Assembly: GCA_001642005.1 (NCBI GenBank)
Contig: LWCA01000168.1
Span: forward strand, 1-45,322
Source of the DNA: Intoshia linei
Lineage: Eukaryota; Animalia; Orthonectida
Length of the DNA stretch: 45,322 nt
Direction: 5' to 3'
In this document: positions 12,226 through 24,200 of the stretch, in pieces
How the letters are laid out: the number at the start of each line of letters is the position of its first letter
Position numbering within the stretch: the stretch's first letter is position 1
Translations under genes and position numbers: made by a program
Notes under the pieces: model-generated
Seen by the model: only the letters and a program-made list of their open reading frames with translations
Told to the model about the DNA's origin: nothing
Databases searched by the model: none

Positions 12226-12500
12226 CTAGTTGACTGTTATGTACAATCAGCACCTAACTCTGCCGAGGACGGACATTTTTATTCTACCACAAAAAATAAT
12301 TTCAATAAGAAAATCTAACTTAAAAATGCTACTATTCACTATTATCAATCCTTTAAACGAGTCGTTCCCAAACTTGTTCCACGTGGACCACGTTTTACGT
12401 TTTTCCCGGAAAAAACTGTAATAGTACTTTGAAATTTAAAAAATTCCAAGATTCCTAGTTATTGAAATAAACGATAATAAACAGACAGACAAACAAACAA
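12226..12500. repeat. Helitron/DINE-1-like repeat copy ending in an (acag)n/(aaac)n microsatellite
   Basis: Joins the two repeat blocks seen separately elsewhere (240-575 type and 4650-4740 type); acagacagacaaacaaac at 12481. Confidence 0.65.
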
Positions 12501-13943
12501 TTTAAAATTAAAATTTGTTGGAATAAAAAAGTTTTAGTAGCAATTTTGATTTTGATTTACTAAATTTTAATTAAATTAGATTGTTTATTTGAATTTATCT
12601 GAATGGTTTATTCCAAAATATTTAAGATGTATCCAAGATTTTAATTGTCAGTTTCCTAGATTTTATGGCATTTTCTGTTTAAGTCAGTAATTGATAAACC
12701 AAATAACTAGAATTGACCAAAATATGACATGTAATACCAGTTAAAAATTAGTTAATTAGCGTTTGGAAATGTGATTGATTTTTATTTTTTTATGAACCAG
12801 GCACAAGTACGAGTCGGACTGGCACGACTATACATTTTGTGGAAACCCATTGAGCCAGTTTTATTATGTAAATAATATTTTTATTTTTTAGATAGTACGC
12901 GTCATTTGGCCTAAAAATGGAATTTATAGATTTACTTTTAATACTAATGAAAATATAACGGGATTGATGGATAAGGTGAATTTTTATTTCATCTAACATT
13001 TAATAAACTATACACCGATACTCTGGATTGGACCCAGTCAGTTTATGTCTTTTAAATTGCATTTTATTTTAAACTCTATTCCAGTATTCATCCGCACGAG
13101 CCATGTGGTTTACACATTATAATAGGGATTTATAAAAACCCATTCTTATGTAAAATAAAATAGCTAAAAATGTATATCTGTAATTGTTTATTAAAAAATT
13201 AAAGGCTTAAAATTTTAAAAAGCACAAAATTTGAAAAGTATTTAAGTTATATATTTTAAGAGTTAAAAGTTTAAAAATTATTAAAACAAGTTAAATTATC
13301 ATTTAATAAGATGGATGAGGTTTATGATTTAGTACAATATCTGTGATATTCGGTGTTTGAATTTCTGACTTATATTCGTTAACTTTAGGTTTAAATCTTT
13401 ATTTAATTCCAAACTAAGTGCATTTCTCAGTTTTTTTTTAATGTTTGGTAAACTAGATTTTTCTTTTAAGGGTTGGTAAAAGTCGTTTTTTCTCTTTAAT
13501 AATATTAAATTAATTCCTGAAATAGTAATAACGCCGTTATATAGAGAAACCTATATACATATATATATTTATATACCTTTGGGAAGCTGATATAAAGATT
13601 AATTACTTATAATTGCTTCTAATTGCGTCCAATAGAAAAAATGTTGAGAAACACTGAACTACGCAGTTAATAATTTTTCATATTTTCCACTAAATATCTA
13701 CATTTCATGAGACGATGAGTTAATTTGACCCCAAGAAATGAATTCTATTGAGACGATATCGACTATTTTAGTAGAGAATTATATTTTTTCAAAGCAGAAC
13801 TAATGAATAGAATGACTGATTATAAAATTGATGAAGCTACAAACATTTAGAACATGCTAAATATTCGGTTGTTAAAAAGATTTACAAATAAAAAAAAGTG
13901 AAAAATAATAATACCTAATAATGTAAATATTTATTTTAAATAC

Positions 13944-14456
13944 CTAAATAATTGTTTCGTTTTTTTGATATTCTGCAACCTTTAAATTGGAATTAGCAAG
14001 ATACAACACCTTGTAATAACCAAATTTAAAATCTTCCGATATAATCAAAATGATACAAAAAGCGAATGGAAAAATCAAAGAAAGGGTAAACACGGATATA
14101 GCAGATTTAAGCATCACTATCATCCCCCAATCAAAAGAGTTCATATGAGAAATAGCGACATAAAGAAACAAAGGTATTTGTGTGAAAATATAGACTAAAG
14201 TTTGAATAAACAAAACTTTACTCTGATTCTTGACTTGAACATAAATCTTTTCATTATTTTCATATTTACCACTCACATTTCCATCAATAGGTGTATTCAA
14301 TTTCCTTTTTTTGAAATATGTAACATATTGTAAGATCATAGACAATGACATTGGTAAACAAAAACCAATAGTAATGTGAATTAGCAGATTAAATTTAGCC
14401 GCCTTTGGACTAACATATGAGCACATTTTATGATCACTATTTTCAAATGTGTCAAC
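13944..14456 (-). CDS. Rhodopsin-like 7TM GPCR, TM5-TM7 portion; 5' part lost at the N (14457)
   Basis: ECL2 Cys, TM5 (ITIGFCLPMSLSMILQY), basic ICL3, TM6 (VYIFTQIP), TM7 and helix 8 (SEDFK). Frame open up to the N. Confidence 0.7.
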   Translation of the reverse strand, partial: VDTFENSDHKMCSYVSPKAAKFNLLIHITIGFCLPMSLSMILQYVTYFKKRKLNTPIDGNVSGKYENNEKIYVQVKNQSKVLFIQTLVYIFTQIPLFLYVAISHMNSFDWGMIVMLKSAISVFTLSLIFPFAFCIILIISEDFKFGYYKVLYLANSNLKVAEYQKNETII

Positions 14457-14519
14457 NCTTTCGAAATAATTTTATGAAATAGTTTGGCTTTTATTTTGTA
14501 AAACTTAAAAATTTTTATA
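14457..14519. other. Scaffold join (single N) followed by repeat sequence matching 8089-8149
   Basis: ctttcgaaataattttatgaaatagtttggcttttattttgtaaaacttaaaaatttttat follows the N; genes on both sides are incomplete. Confidence 0.85.
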
Positions 14520-15276
14520 AATTGATAGTATTTAATAAAAGTTTGGTAGAATTGGATTTTTCAAAAAAATATTGGTAAAAAGGGATTTTTTCACACATTT
14601 GACTAAATTGAATATAATATGTTAAAAATTTATTATTCACCCTATTCACCCCAATCATCTCAAATTTTTGTATTCACCCCCTCATAAAAATATTCACCCC
14701 TTGGGGTGCACAGTCACCCCATGAGAAGCACTGACTTAGACTGTACTACAGTACTTTTTTAACCGTGAAGGCGTTACTTTTGTTGATTGAAAATTTTTGT
14801 GTATATTAAATGGAAACAACTTCATTAGCTGTGGTTTATTTTAAATTTTAAGACTCTTCATTTTTAAAAAAGGGTAATTTCGAATTACTACTATGAAGAT
14901 ATAAGTTTCTGAGAATACAATATACGATAAAACATCACTCTGTAAAAAAATATCAAAATTTGGGTTTTTTAAATTTTTAAAATCTAATTTTTACTAAACG
15001 GCAACACAAGGGTATTCATTTTTATAAAAGTAGCTGTAAGGATGTAAACAAGTAAAGGGTGTAAAAAAATGTCCTAACGTACCATATATACTTTTTATTT
15101 AACTATCTGATCATATAAAATTGGTTTTTTAGTAAAAAATATGAGCCCTATAGTGCACAATGTACAATACATTCATAAGTTATTATTAATAACGTTAAAT
15201 TAAGTGGCGAATCGTACTAAATTATTTAAATACATTTGAAAAAATATAATAAAAGTGAATAGTACTAAATGATTAC

Positions 15277-16493
15277 CGACCATTTGAATTGTGCTTAAAA
15301 AAATGAGGATAAATTTCGCAAGTTCCAATATTTTTAGAAGATAAATCGACCAGTTGTCCATCTTCAAATTTAGTGGAATCAGAAACTTTGATATGACTTT
15401 GTAAAATATCGTTATTTTTACAACACACAACCTTTCCATTTGAATCCATAGATAACATTGGATTTTCTTGTCCCATCTATTTAATGGAAAATAAAATTTA
15501 AAAACGACACCAAACCTTTACAACAATAGTTCCACTATCAAAACCCATACAAATTTCATTAATATTTTTCCTACCAGCAATAGTCCAAATACGATCCATA
15601 CCATAATTTAAAGTCTTTTCCATTCTATAAGTTCTAGAGTTCCAAAGTTTAACTGTTCCGTCTTCTGACCCAGTAATGATTACTGGCAGTTCACTGTGAA
15701 AATAAACAGCAGAAATATTTTGAACGTGTCCCGAAATTGTGTGAACGCATGATTTGTTGTGATAATCCCAAATTTTAGCAGTAAAATCATCTGAACCAGA
15801 AATAATGTAAGGTTTATCTGGTCCATGATAATACGAAATTGTATTCACACCACGAGTGTGACCTTCCAAACTAAAATTTGGATTTCGGCTACCCAGATGC
15901 CAGACTTTAATGGTTTTGTCTAAGGAAGCTGACGCAAATGTATTATTATCTTTAGGATTAAACAATATTTGCATTATGTAATGAGAGTGTTTTTCAAAGG
16001 ATTGTATACATTCCCATGATTTATCCCAATTCCATAATTTTATAGTTTGATCATCACTACAAGTCAATAATAATGGCTGAGATGCATGGACATCCATTGA
16101 ACGAATATAATCACTATGGGCTTCAAATTCTTTAATCTTTTCCAAATTTATATAATTGTACACCCGTATCATTAAATCGTCGGATCCTGTTATAACCCAG
16201 TTTTTTCGAGGTACAAATTTTACTGCTCTAATTGGAACAGTACAAATTTCTAATGTTTTTGTCATTGACTAAAATTGATAAATATTTAATTGATACATTT
16301 ACAAGTTAAACCTGAGATTCATAGTTCCAAAAATGAACGTTTCCATTGTAGAGACTTGCTACTATCCAAGGTTCAGTAGAATGAATATCTATGCATTTTA
16401 CTCGATCCGACCTTGCTGTTAATTTTCTTTTTACGTCGAAAAGTGACTACATTTTTAGTTATTTTTATTTCAAATTGTATGCAATATTACCAT
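15277..16493 (-). CDS. COPB2: Coatomer subunit beta' (beta'-COP), N-terminal WD40 exons; C-terminal part not found in the window
   Basis: Exons 16493-16491 (ATG), 16446-16312 ([19 protein letters not shown]), 16268-15516 ([23 protein letters not shown]..), 15476-15277 ([24 protein letters not shown]). Confidence 0.95.
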
Positions 16494-17522
16494 TTCTTTA
16501 AAGTGTTTGTATGATGACGTGTATTCCTATGGATTTTTGATTTTAATGAACTGTAATTCTTTTTAATTTGTTTTATAATATTCGATAATTATAATTGTAC
16601 AATAACACTGTGCAACAAAATAAAACCTTTTTTGAGGATTTTTAAAAAAAATCAGTACTGTCTTTCATACATTGTACATAGTTACTGAAAAATTTTCAGA
16701 GAAATCTATTGTGCAGAATAGAAAATTCAGCTATTCTAATGTGATTTATTGGTTTTACAGTAATCAATAGATAAGTGCGTATTTAATAATTTGTGTGTAT
16801 AATTGTTAGTTTTTAAACGAATTCAATAAATTTGGTACTTATTCGATTCCCCTTATCCTAAAAAGTACAATAAAACCATAAAAAAACTAAAAAATTGACT
16901 TTTTACATAAAATTTAGTTAAAATATTAATTCAAATTTTCAATAAAATTTGTTGAACGTTCATTTCACCACTATCGAATTCGAGGATTTTCAAAAACGTA
17001 AGTTTATATTAAGTCAAGGACAGCTTTAAAATTAAAAAAAATCATCAAGTCAAGAGTGTTGGAAAGGTGACTGGGTCTATATTACACTACATTCGTCAAT
17101 AAAATATTTTTCATTTTCAATTTGTCTCAAGTTTGGTAGGTTTACTCTGGGTTTACCATCAGATTTTTTGAAAATATTATACAATGGATCATTGTTATAG
17201 AACGGTGGGGAATGAGGTTTTTATAAAATTTTTTAGATAATGATTCATGAATTGTGCAGATCTAAAAATTTGACTTTGCAGTTTTAATCAGCTTAGATTT
17301 TGTAGTTATTAAATTTTAGTAAATGTAGGTCCTGTTCTGGTGTAGTTCTGTGCATTGTTACACGCGTGGAACTACCCAACACGAACTTGAAAGCGTGTGG
17401 CAATACTATATTCAGTAACAAACTTGACAATCAGACGAATTTAAATACAACGTATGTAACCATGTAATTGTCATAGATACATAGAAATAAATTTGCTTTA
17501 AAATTTTATAATTTTAAAAAAC

Positions 17523-18981
17523 ATGAAGTCCAATCACTCAAAAGAAGTGAAAAGTTTTAGAAAACGTGCCATGAATATACCTACCGTGGAGAATAGAAAG
17601 GAAGAAATTAAAAAACCAAAATTTGAGTTTAGTGGTAAAACTTGCATAACTTTTCATAGAAGTTGAACTTAACCTTCAACATGTTTAATTTGTTGGATTT
17701 TGAATATGAATATTTCTTTGTTTACTACTTATTTAAATTATCTAACTCTGGTCATAATTCATTGACGAAAGAATACTCAAAAAATATTTTAATTTAGTTG
17801 GGTTTGGTTTTAAATTTCTTTGACGTGAATATTTCTATTGACCTCAAAATTAAAATGATGGAAACGTTTTTGATAATGCCATTAAAAATTAAAAATGTAC
17901 TAAAATTACAATATTAAGCGTACATCCGTATAATTATTGTACATTTTTTAAATAAATTTTTTAGTTACCTCAAAGTCTTTAACAACAGACTCCACATCTT
18001 CGTACAAATTTTCAGTATTAGCTAAATGTGTTCGGCACATGAAAGTAAATTATATACGTAAATTAATTAAAAAAATTTAAATTATAGAAACGACATTTGA
18101 CAAATATGACAACACCTCTTGGAATAGATGAAATAATGAACGAAATTAATATTACAAATACCAGTGCAATATTACGGAGGTGGCTAGTTAATGAGGTATT
18201 TCTTTTATAGAATTGGTTTAATAATTTTTTATTTTTAGGCCTTTATTTCTAATGAAAGAATAAAAATTGTTGACGGGAAATATGCCTACCAACCACCATT
18301 TGATATAAAGGATGCAAAGACAACTCTTAAACTTTTGCGACATTATTGGTTGAAAATGAAAGGAGGTGTACCCATAAAATTAATCGAAGAATCTTTACCA
18401 AACTATGAAAAAGTTATTCAAGTAATATTTTTTAAATCCGATTTAATTTTGCGTAAAACCCCATACTCGATTAGAGAAATTAAAGTTTTTATTCTAAATA
18501 TATATTCTGGGTGCCAGTACATTCGTTGATTGGTAAGAAAGAGTTGGCTATTTCATTAACCTCTAAATTGCTGCATTTTAAGTTTTAGAGAATTCAAGAT
18601 CACATTGTCACCGTTAACACAACGACTACTAAAAAGCCGGTTGTTTTTTTCAAAGACACTAGAGACCAGCTCAAAATTAATGACGGTAAAATGCAAAACA
18701 ATTCCATAGAATATAATAATCTTAGAGATTAAAAACTTGTGGAAAACTGTAAAATTGGACGGAATGGATGATATAAAGATTAGTGACTACATTACCTCTC
18801 ACCATCTAGGTCAACCATCTCAAATTATTAGAAAGGTATTTACAAAATTAAATTGTATTTAATATTTTCAAAGGTTGCACCAAAACAAAAAAAACAACAA
18901 AATAAACCACTCAAATCGAATAACGAACACTTGACAAACAAACTTCTCAGTATGAGTGAAATGACTCAAAATAAAAATTAA
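17523..18981 (+). CDS. GTF2E2: General transcription factor IIE subunit beta
   Basis: Seven exons splice to FRKRAMNIPTVE..YKFSVLAKCVRHMK|KRH..PLGIDEI..WLVNE|AFISNERI..GKYAYQP..GGV..IEESLP..NLWKTV..NNEHL*, following TFIIE-beta motifs. Confidence 0.9.
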
Positions 18982-19052
18982 TTTATTCCATTAACAATTA
19001 CTTTATATAAAATACAAACTACTTACAACTATTTTTACAAATTTTCAATTTT

Positions 19053-22000
19053 TCATTCAACGTGTGAACTTGTTTCAGATATAAAAGTTTTGGGATTTTT
19101 TAAAGTTACGATTTTTTGGTTTGATTTGTTAATGTGAATAACTTTAATATTTTTACCGCTGTGGTTAAATTTACGTGGTGTCGAAGGGTCAATAATTTCA
19201 ACTTTAAGTGGAATATTTTTTTTGGATACATATTTATGCAAGCTTTTATCGTTTTCTTCATAAGAACTAACAATAACTTCATTGACGGGAACATCAAATT
19301 TGACGTCTTCGTAATTGTTATTTACTCGAGATTGATCAGAAAATACTTGCGAATTTTCCAATTCGAAATTACCACAATCGACGGGAGGCATAATACTTTG
19401 AATTGCTTGAGTCAATTGTCTGTGTTGTTGGTAATTATCAAAAGTAAAGATTTTTTTTTCTTCAGATTTTCTAGTTTTATATTTGCTTCGCTTTTTTGTG
19501 GCGGGCCACATGATTGAATTTGGCCAGTTTTTGTCACCTTTTTTTGTTCGAGATATCGCTATGTTTGATAAAATGTTGTTTTGATCGTCATAGTGGCTAT
19601 TTAAACTATCTACATTTCTGGGGTCTTCTACTGGAGGTGGTGTCATGTTTCTTACATGTATTCCATTGAAGCAAGGTTCTTCGTCGTATTTACAGAAATT
19701 AACGGTTTCTTGAATTGAAGCATCCGTTAAACTGTCCTGATTGAGAGGAAATAAAAGTTTTGATTTGAATTTGTGCATTATCATTTCAGAGTCCAAATCA
19801 TTTTCCCATACTGATAACAATGTTTGTGATAAAATTCTGTATGTAAATGGAGTACCAACAGTTTCTTTCCAGTGTCTAGCTTTTTGAAATGCTAGTTGGT
19901 CCACCAAAGATGTTAATTGGTCGTCTAATGGGTGAATTACGTTTGAAGCAGAGAGAGGTATATTTACAATGTGTACTCGTTGTTCATTTGCTACTTGCAT
20001 CATTTGAAAAGAAATATCTTGAATACTTTGTGACATAAAAAGTAGACATGGATTTGAATATGAAGCGTTTGTTTTACGTACAAAATGGTCTCTAAACCAC
20101 CAGAGAAGAGTTTCAGATGTTACCATTCCATCTCTAGTGCAAACAAAATATGCATCGGGGTAAGTTTGACGGGCGGCAGCAAATTTGACACTGTTTCCTC
20201 TCACTATGATAAAAGGAGGTAAATGTGAACCATCCGCAGCTATAGCCCAAATCATTCGAATTTCATTGAATCCAGAAACTTTGAAATCATTCATGGCAAA
20301 TATGCGACTAGGTTTAACGTTGTAAGAATGTTTTTGATAGAGATGATTAACCAAAGAAAAAAATTCGTTAAACATAACTTTCTGTTCGAAAAAAGAAGGT
20401 TGAGATTCTCTATTGATTGTCTTTTTAATTTCAACAGCTAAACAAAAAAAATTATAAATAATTTTCAGTTAACGGAATAATTGGTCCTGAAAAAAATCTT
20501 ATTTCGTTATTGAGGAATTTTTTTGAAAAAACATTCTTGTTAACGTAATTTTTCATAATCGAAACATTACTGTACATTAAAACAGTGGTTCCGATTGGGT
20601 CCAAAATTATATGTCTGGGCCGTGAGATTCAAATAAAATATAAGAAAATTTGAATCAACTTTTTTTTGTATATGAGAATTTTACTATTTATTAGTTTCTA
20701 GAATTTGATCATCCCAAAGCTTATCGACCGCAACATTATTATTTTAAAAATCCCACTTTCATCCCACCATTATTAATATTTAATAAAAAATTTTACAGAA
20801 GCTTGTGAAAAAAATCTAATTTTACCAACCTATAAATATAATTGAAAATATCCTCTTTTTCCAATATTTTGAAATGGGACCCTTACACGATTTGAACCGG
20901 AAACCATTGCATTAAAACAATGAAAAAACGAAAATATTTTGATTTTTATTCCACTTAACCTATATTTGCAGGTAATTTCATTTCATATAACTAATAATCA
21001 ACCATTATCATCATTAACCAAAAAGAAAATAAAATGTTTTACGTATATATAACTTTTAATTTGAACCGAAAAAGGTTTAGTATAATTATGATTCTAGTCA
21101 TTCTAAGTTAAAATTTAATGGAATTTTTGTAGTTTAGAAAAATTCAGCCCGTTAATCAGGAATTTTTTCTGTTAACCATAGGAATTATCAGGTATAATAA
21201 TGCAAAACTAGATATTATTGATAAAAATAAAAATAAAAAACCAATTAAATTAAATTAACATTATTATCGGGATCTTTACTCATTCTCGATAATAAGTTTT
21301 TAAAAAATCGACAGTACAAAATTTCAGATAAAATGAAAATTTAAGGTCCACAAAAATAACAAAATTAAACGTGTTTGTTTAATTTTCTATAAATAATAAT
21401 ACGTAACTTAAAATACAAATAAATAACCAGTATTTACCTTAGACAGATAAAAAACTAAATAAAAATCGTAACCCACCATAACCTAAACAAGGCTGAACTA
21501 AAGCAAGGACCACGGCACGAATCTTTGGAGCCGTCTAATAAAAAGATTAAAAATATTTATTTATTAATTTTTTTCAAAATATTCAGTCCATACATATCAT
21601 AATGTAAATGACGAACACATTATAAAAATGTTAAGCTAAAACGTTCTTTAAAAAGTTAAATAATATTGCAGGTGCGTTCTGTAAAATTACCCAAATGTTA
21701 ATATGCTTGGACCATTTTAACTCACACTCTGTTAAAAAATTTACAAACCAATTTTTCTGGGAATCATAATAAAATAAAAAATACTAGGGTGTCTTTTAAG
21801 AAATCCAGCCAGCCAGTTTTGACCTGGAATACCGCCACTATACGGATTTTGATGTCCACGATACAACATCAACATTTCTGCAGCTCGTTCACGAACTTGC
21901 CAGTTTGAAATATTGAAACCACATCGCTGAATGTCCTATTTAAGAATATAAATAACTAAATGATATGGAATTATACGGCAATGTAATTTTTAAGTTCATC

Positions 22001-22884
22001 TTCTTCTTCAGGTGATAAAATTGTTTTAACCCCAGGTTTGACTCCATGTTGAACTCGTCCTTGCACTCTATCCTTTAAACTACTATAAGGCACACCAAAT
22101 TTCTTGGCTGATCCACGTAACGTGTAATTTTCTTCTTCGACTGCTTTCATTGCTGCAATCATATCATCGTTTTTCCATTGAAGTCTAAGTAATTAATTTT
22201 AATTATTAAAATTACAAAAAATAACAGTTTCATATCCTAATTTCTTATAAAAATGCAAAAGTACCGATGAGCAAATTGTCGTTTTTTAGAGGCTCTTTTA
22301 GGTTTTTTATCTAATTCAATATTTTCCATAACAATTATATCAGATTCATTAACATCTACAATATTATTGGGTGAAATTTTATCGTTGTCATAAACATCAT
22401 TGGGTGAAATTTCAATATCATTAATAGAATCGTAGCTTTCAATATAATAACTATCCCCCTTAACCTCTTCAATTGCACCAATAACATCATCAACATTTTG
22501 CTCATATTCACCTGTATGAATTTCAATTTCACTTTGTGCATTATTGGCTACGGAATTATCCATATAAGAATTTTCAATGTCCATATTAGAAGAATCGATC
22601 TTGACATCTAAATTACTATCAGGGTCCGTAGAGATAACTTGTTCATTGTTTGATATAATGTAACGATCTTGAACAATCTCAGTTTCTAAAATGTGGCCAT
22701 TCATATCTGTACTAGTAATATCTTCATATTGAATGCTATGGGACATGTCATTTAACAAAGTTTCTTGAACGTTACTCATATAATTATTAGCAATTATTTC
22801 CATTCCTATATTATCGCTCATTTGAGATTCCTCCACAATTTCTTCATTATTTGATATTATACTCCAATCAATAGGACTTGACAT
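19053..22884 (-). CDS. Spliced pogo-transposase-derived protein (acidic N-terminus + HTH_psq + CENP-B-type HTH + degenerate DDE_1); probable domesticated gene
   Basis: Exons 22884-22265, 22184-21977, 21935-~21786, 20437-19053 join in frame. QWKNDDMIAAMKAV..SAKKFGVPYSSLKDRV (psq), LSPEEEDEL..PGQNWLAGFLKRHP (CENP-B HTH), AADGSHLPPFII..DGMVTSETLLWW..HPLD (DDE_1-like). No stops or frameshifts; no flanking TIRs seen. Confidence 0.85.
20455..21192. mobile_element. Tigger-related MITE in intron 3 of the transposase-derived gene
   Basis: 20890-21190 aligns with 36775-37110; its right end resembles the reverse complement of the Tigger left end at ~43865. Confidence 0.75.
20583..20909. mobile_element. 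hAT-type MITE nested in the Tigger-related MITE
   Basis: Ends cagtggttcc.. / ..ggaaaccattg, with 8-bp TSD cattaaaa at 20575-20582 and 20910-20917. Confidence 0.75.
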
Positions 22885-24200
22885 TTATTAAGAGAAATGT
22901 ATTTATATATGATAAATGTATTTTCGCTCAAAGGTAAATTTAAAATAAATGATAATATGATTGTATCACGGCAGCAAATATTTTGAAAAACACACAAGTT
23001 GATCGCACTATATGACCTATATTTACAGTGTCCATGACATTTACCAAATAAGTCGCAATTTTCAATAGATTTAAATGTGTTTAGCAACAATATTTGAAAA
23101 ATATTCGTCTTGTTTATGTTTACATTATCAATTTGATTGTAAATGTGCTCTGTCATTGCATTTGTTGTATTTTTCTCAGTTTTGTATTTTTCAACTTTTC
23201 AGTAGTTTTTGTGGTTTGATTTTTGAATTTAATTGAATCTTTCCAAAATATATACATGATGCAAGTTCAGCAGAGTGATATTTAAGTTTTAATTCAATTT
23301 CGCAGTTTAAAGATTTGTTAATTTTTTTTAAATATCGTCCCATTTATTTATCTTAGACAGGTGCATTTGTTGTGGTATATTATTTTAAATTTATAGTTTC
23401 ATCTTTAGTCTACTTTTTTTAATGTTCAGATTTTATAAATGGTTATTTTTGTATGTAATAACTTGACTAAACTTATTTTGATAGATAATAGAAATAATAA
23501 TATTAACTAGGCTTTTTTATCGAGTTCGACAATTGGATTATGACTATCTTAAAATCTCTTTTAAAATTAGGCTAAAATTTTGGAACATTATAAAATGTGT
23601 ACATATATTTATCCCACAAACATTGTTTAAAGTTACAAACTACAATTATAAAAAAAAATTTTTTGGTATTATAGAATATACATCAATTTTACATTATGTA
23701 GCTGAACACGATTTATTAATATATAAACATTTTTCATTTTTTTCCACAAGCAAAGCAGGAATTTTAGTTTACGTAAAAAAAGTTAAAGAAAATATGAAAA
23801 TAAACTTAAATTTATAAATTTTTTGTTATACAATGTAAATGAGTTTTTACTGAAGGCGTCCATGTGCACCCCTTAGTGTTCTACAGATAAATTTTGGGGC
23901 TCTGTACGAACGAAACGGAATATTTTTGTTCGAAACACGATTAAAATTTAATCAAAAATTAATTAAATTAAGCTAAAGGTTAGTAACTAACCGTTAGTTA
24001 GTTAAAAACTTATACTTAACAATATCATGCTAGAAACTATGGAAAGAATCGATAGATGAAATTCTAGAAGCAAAAAATGAACCACGACCCCTTTGTATTC
24101 TAAATTCACATATACTATAAAAATGAAATGGAAAAATATGAAAAAATATTTATTACAACAATTAAAAATACGTAAGAAATTTTTCAAGTAAATTAAACAT

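Noticed and set aside
16950-17460. Possible small gene between COPB2 and GTF2E2
   Set aside because: Splice-like signals exist but no recognisable reading frame; may be UTR or promoter.
19106-19517. Alternative-frame and antisense ORFs over the transposase-derived gene, and other short F/I/L/K-rich ORFs in the track
   Set aside because: No motifs; composition expected for chance ORFs in AT-rich DNA or shadows of real exons.
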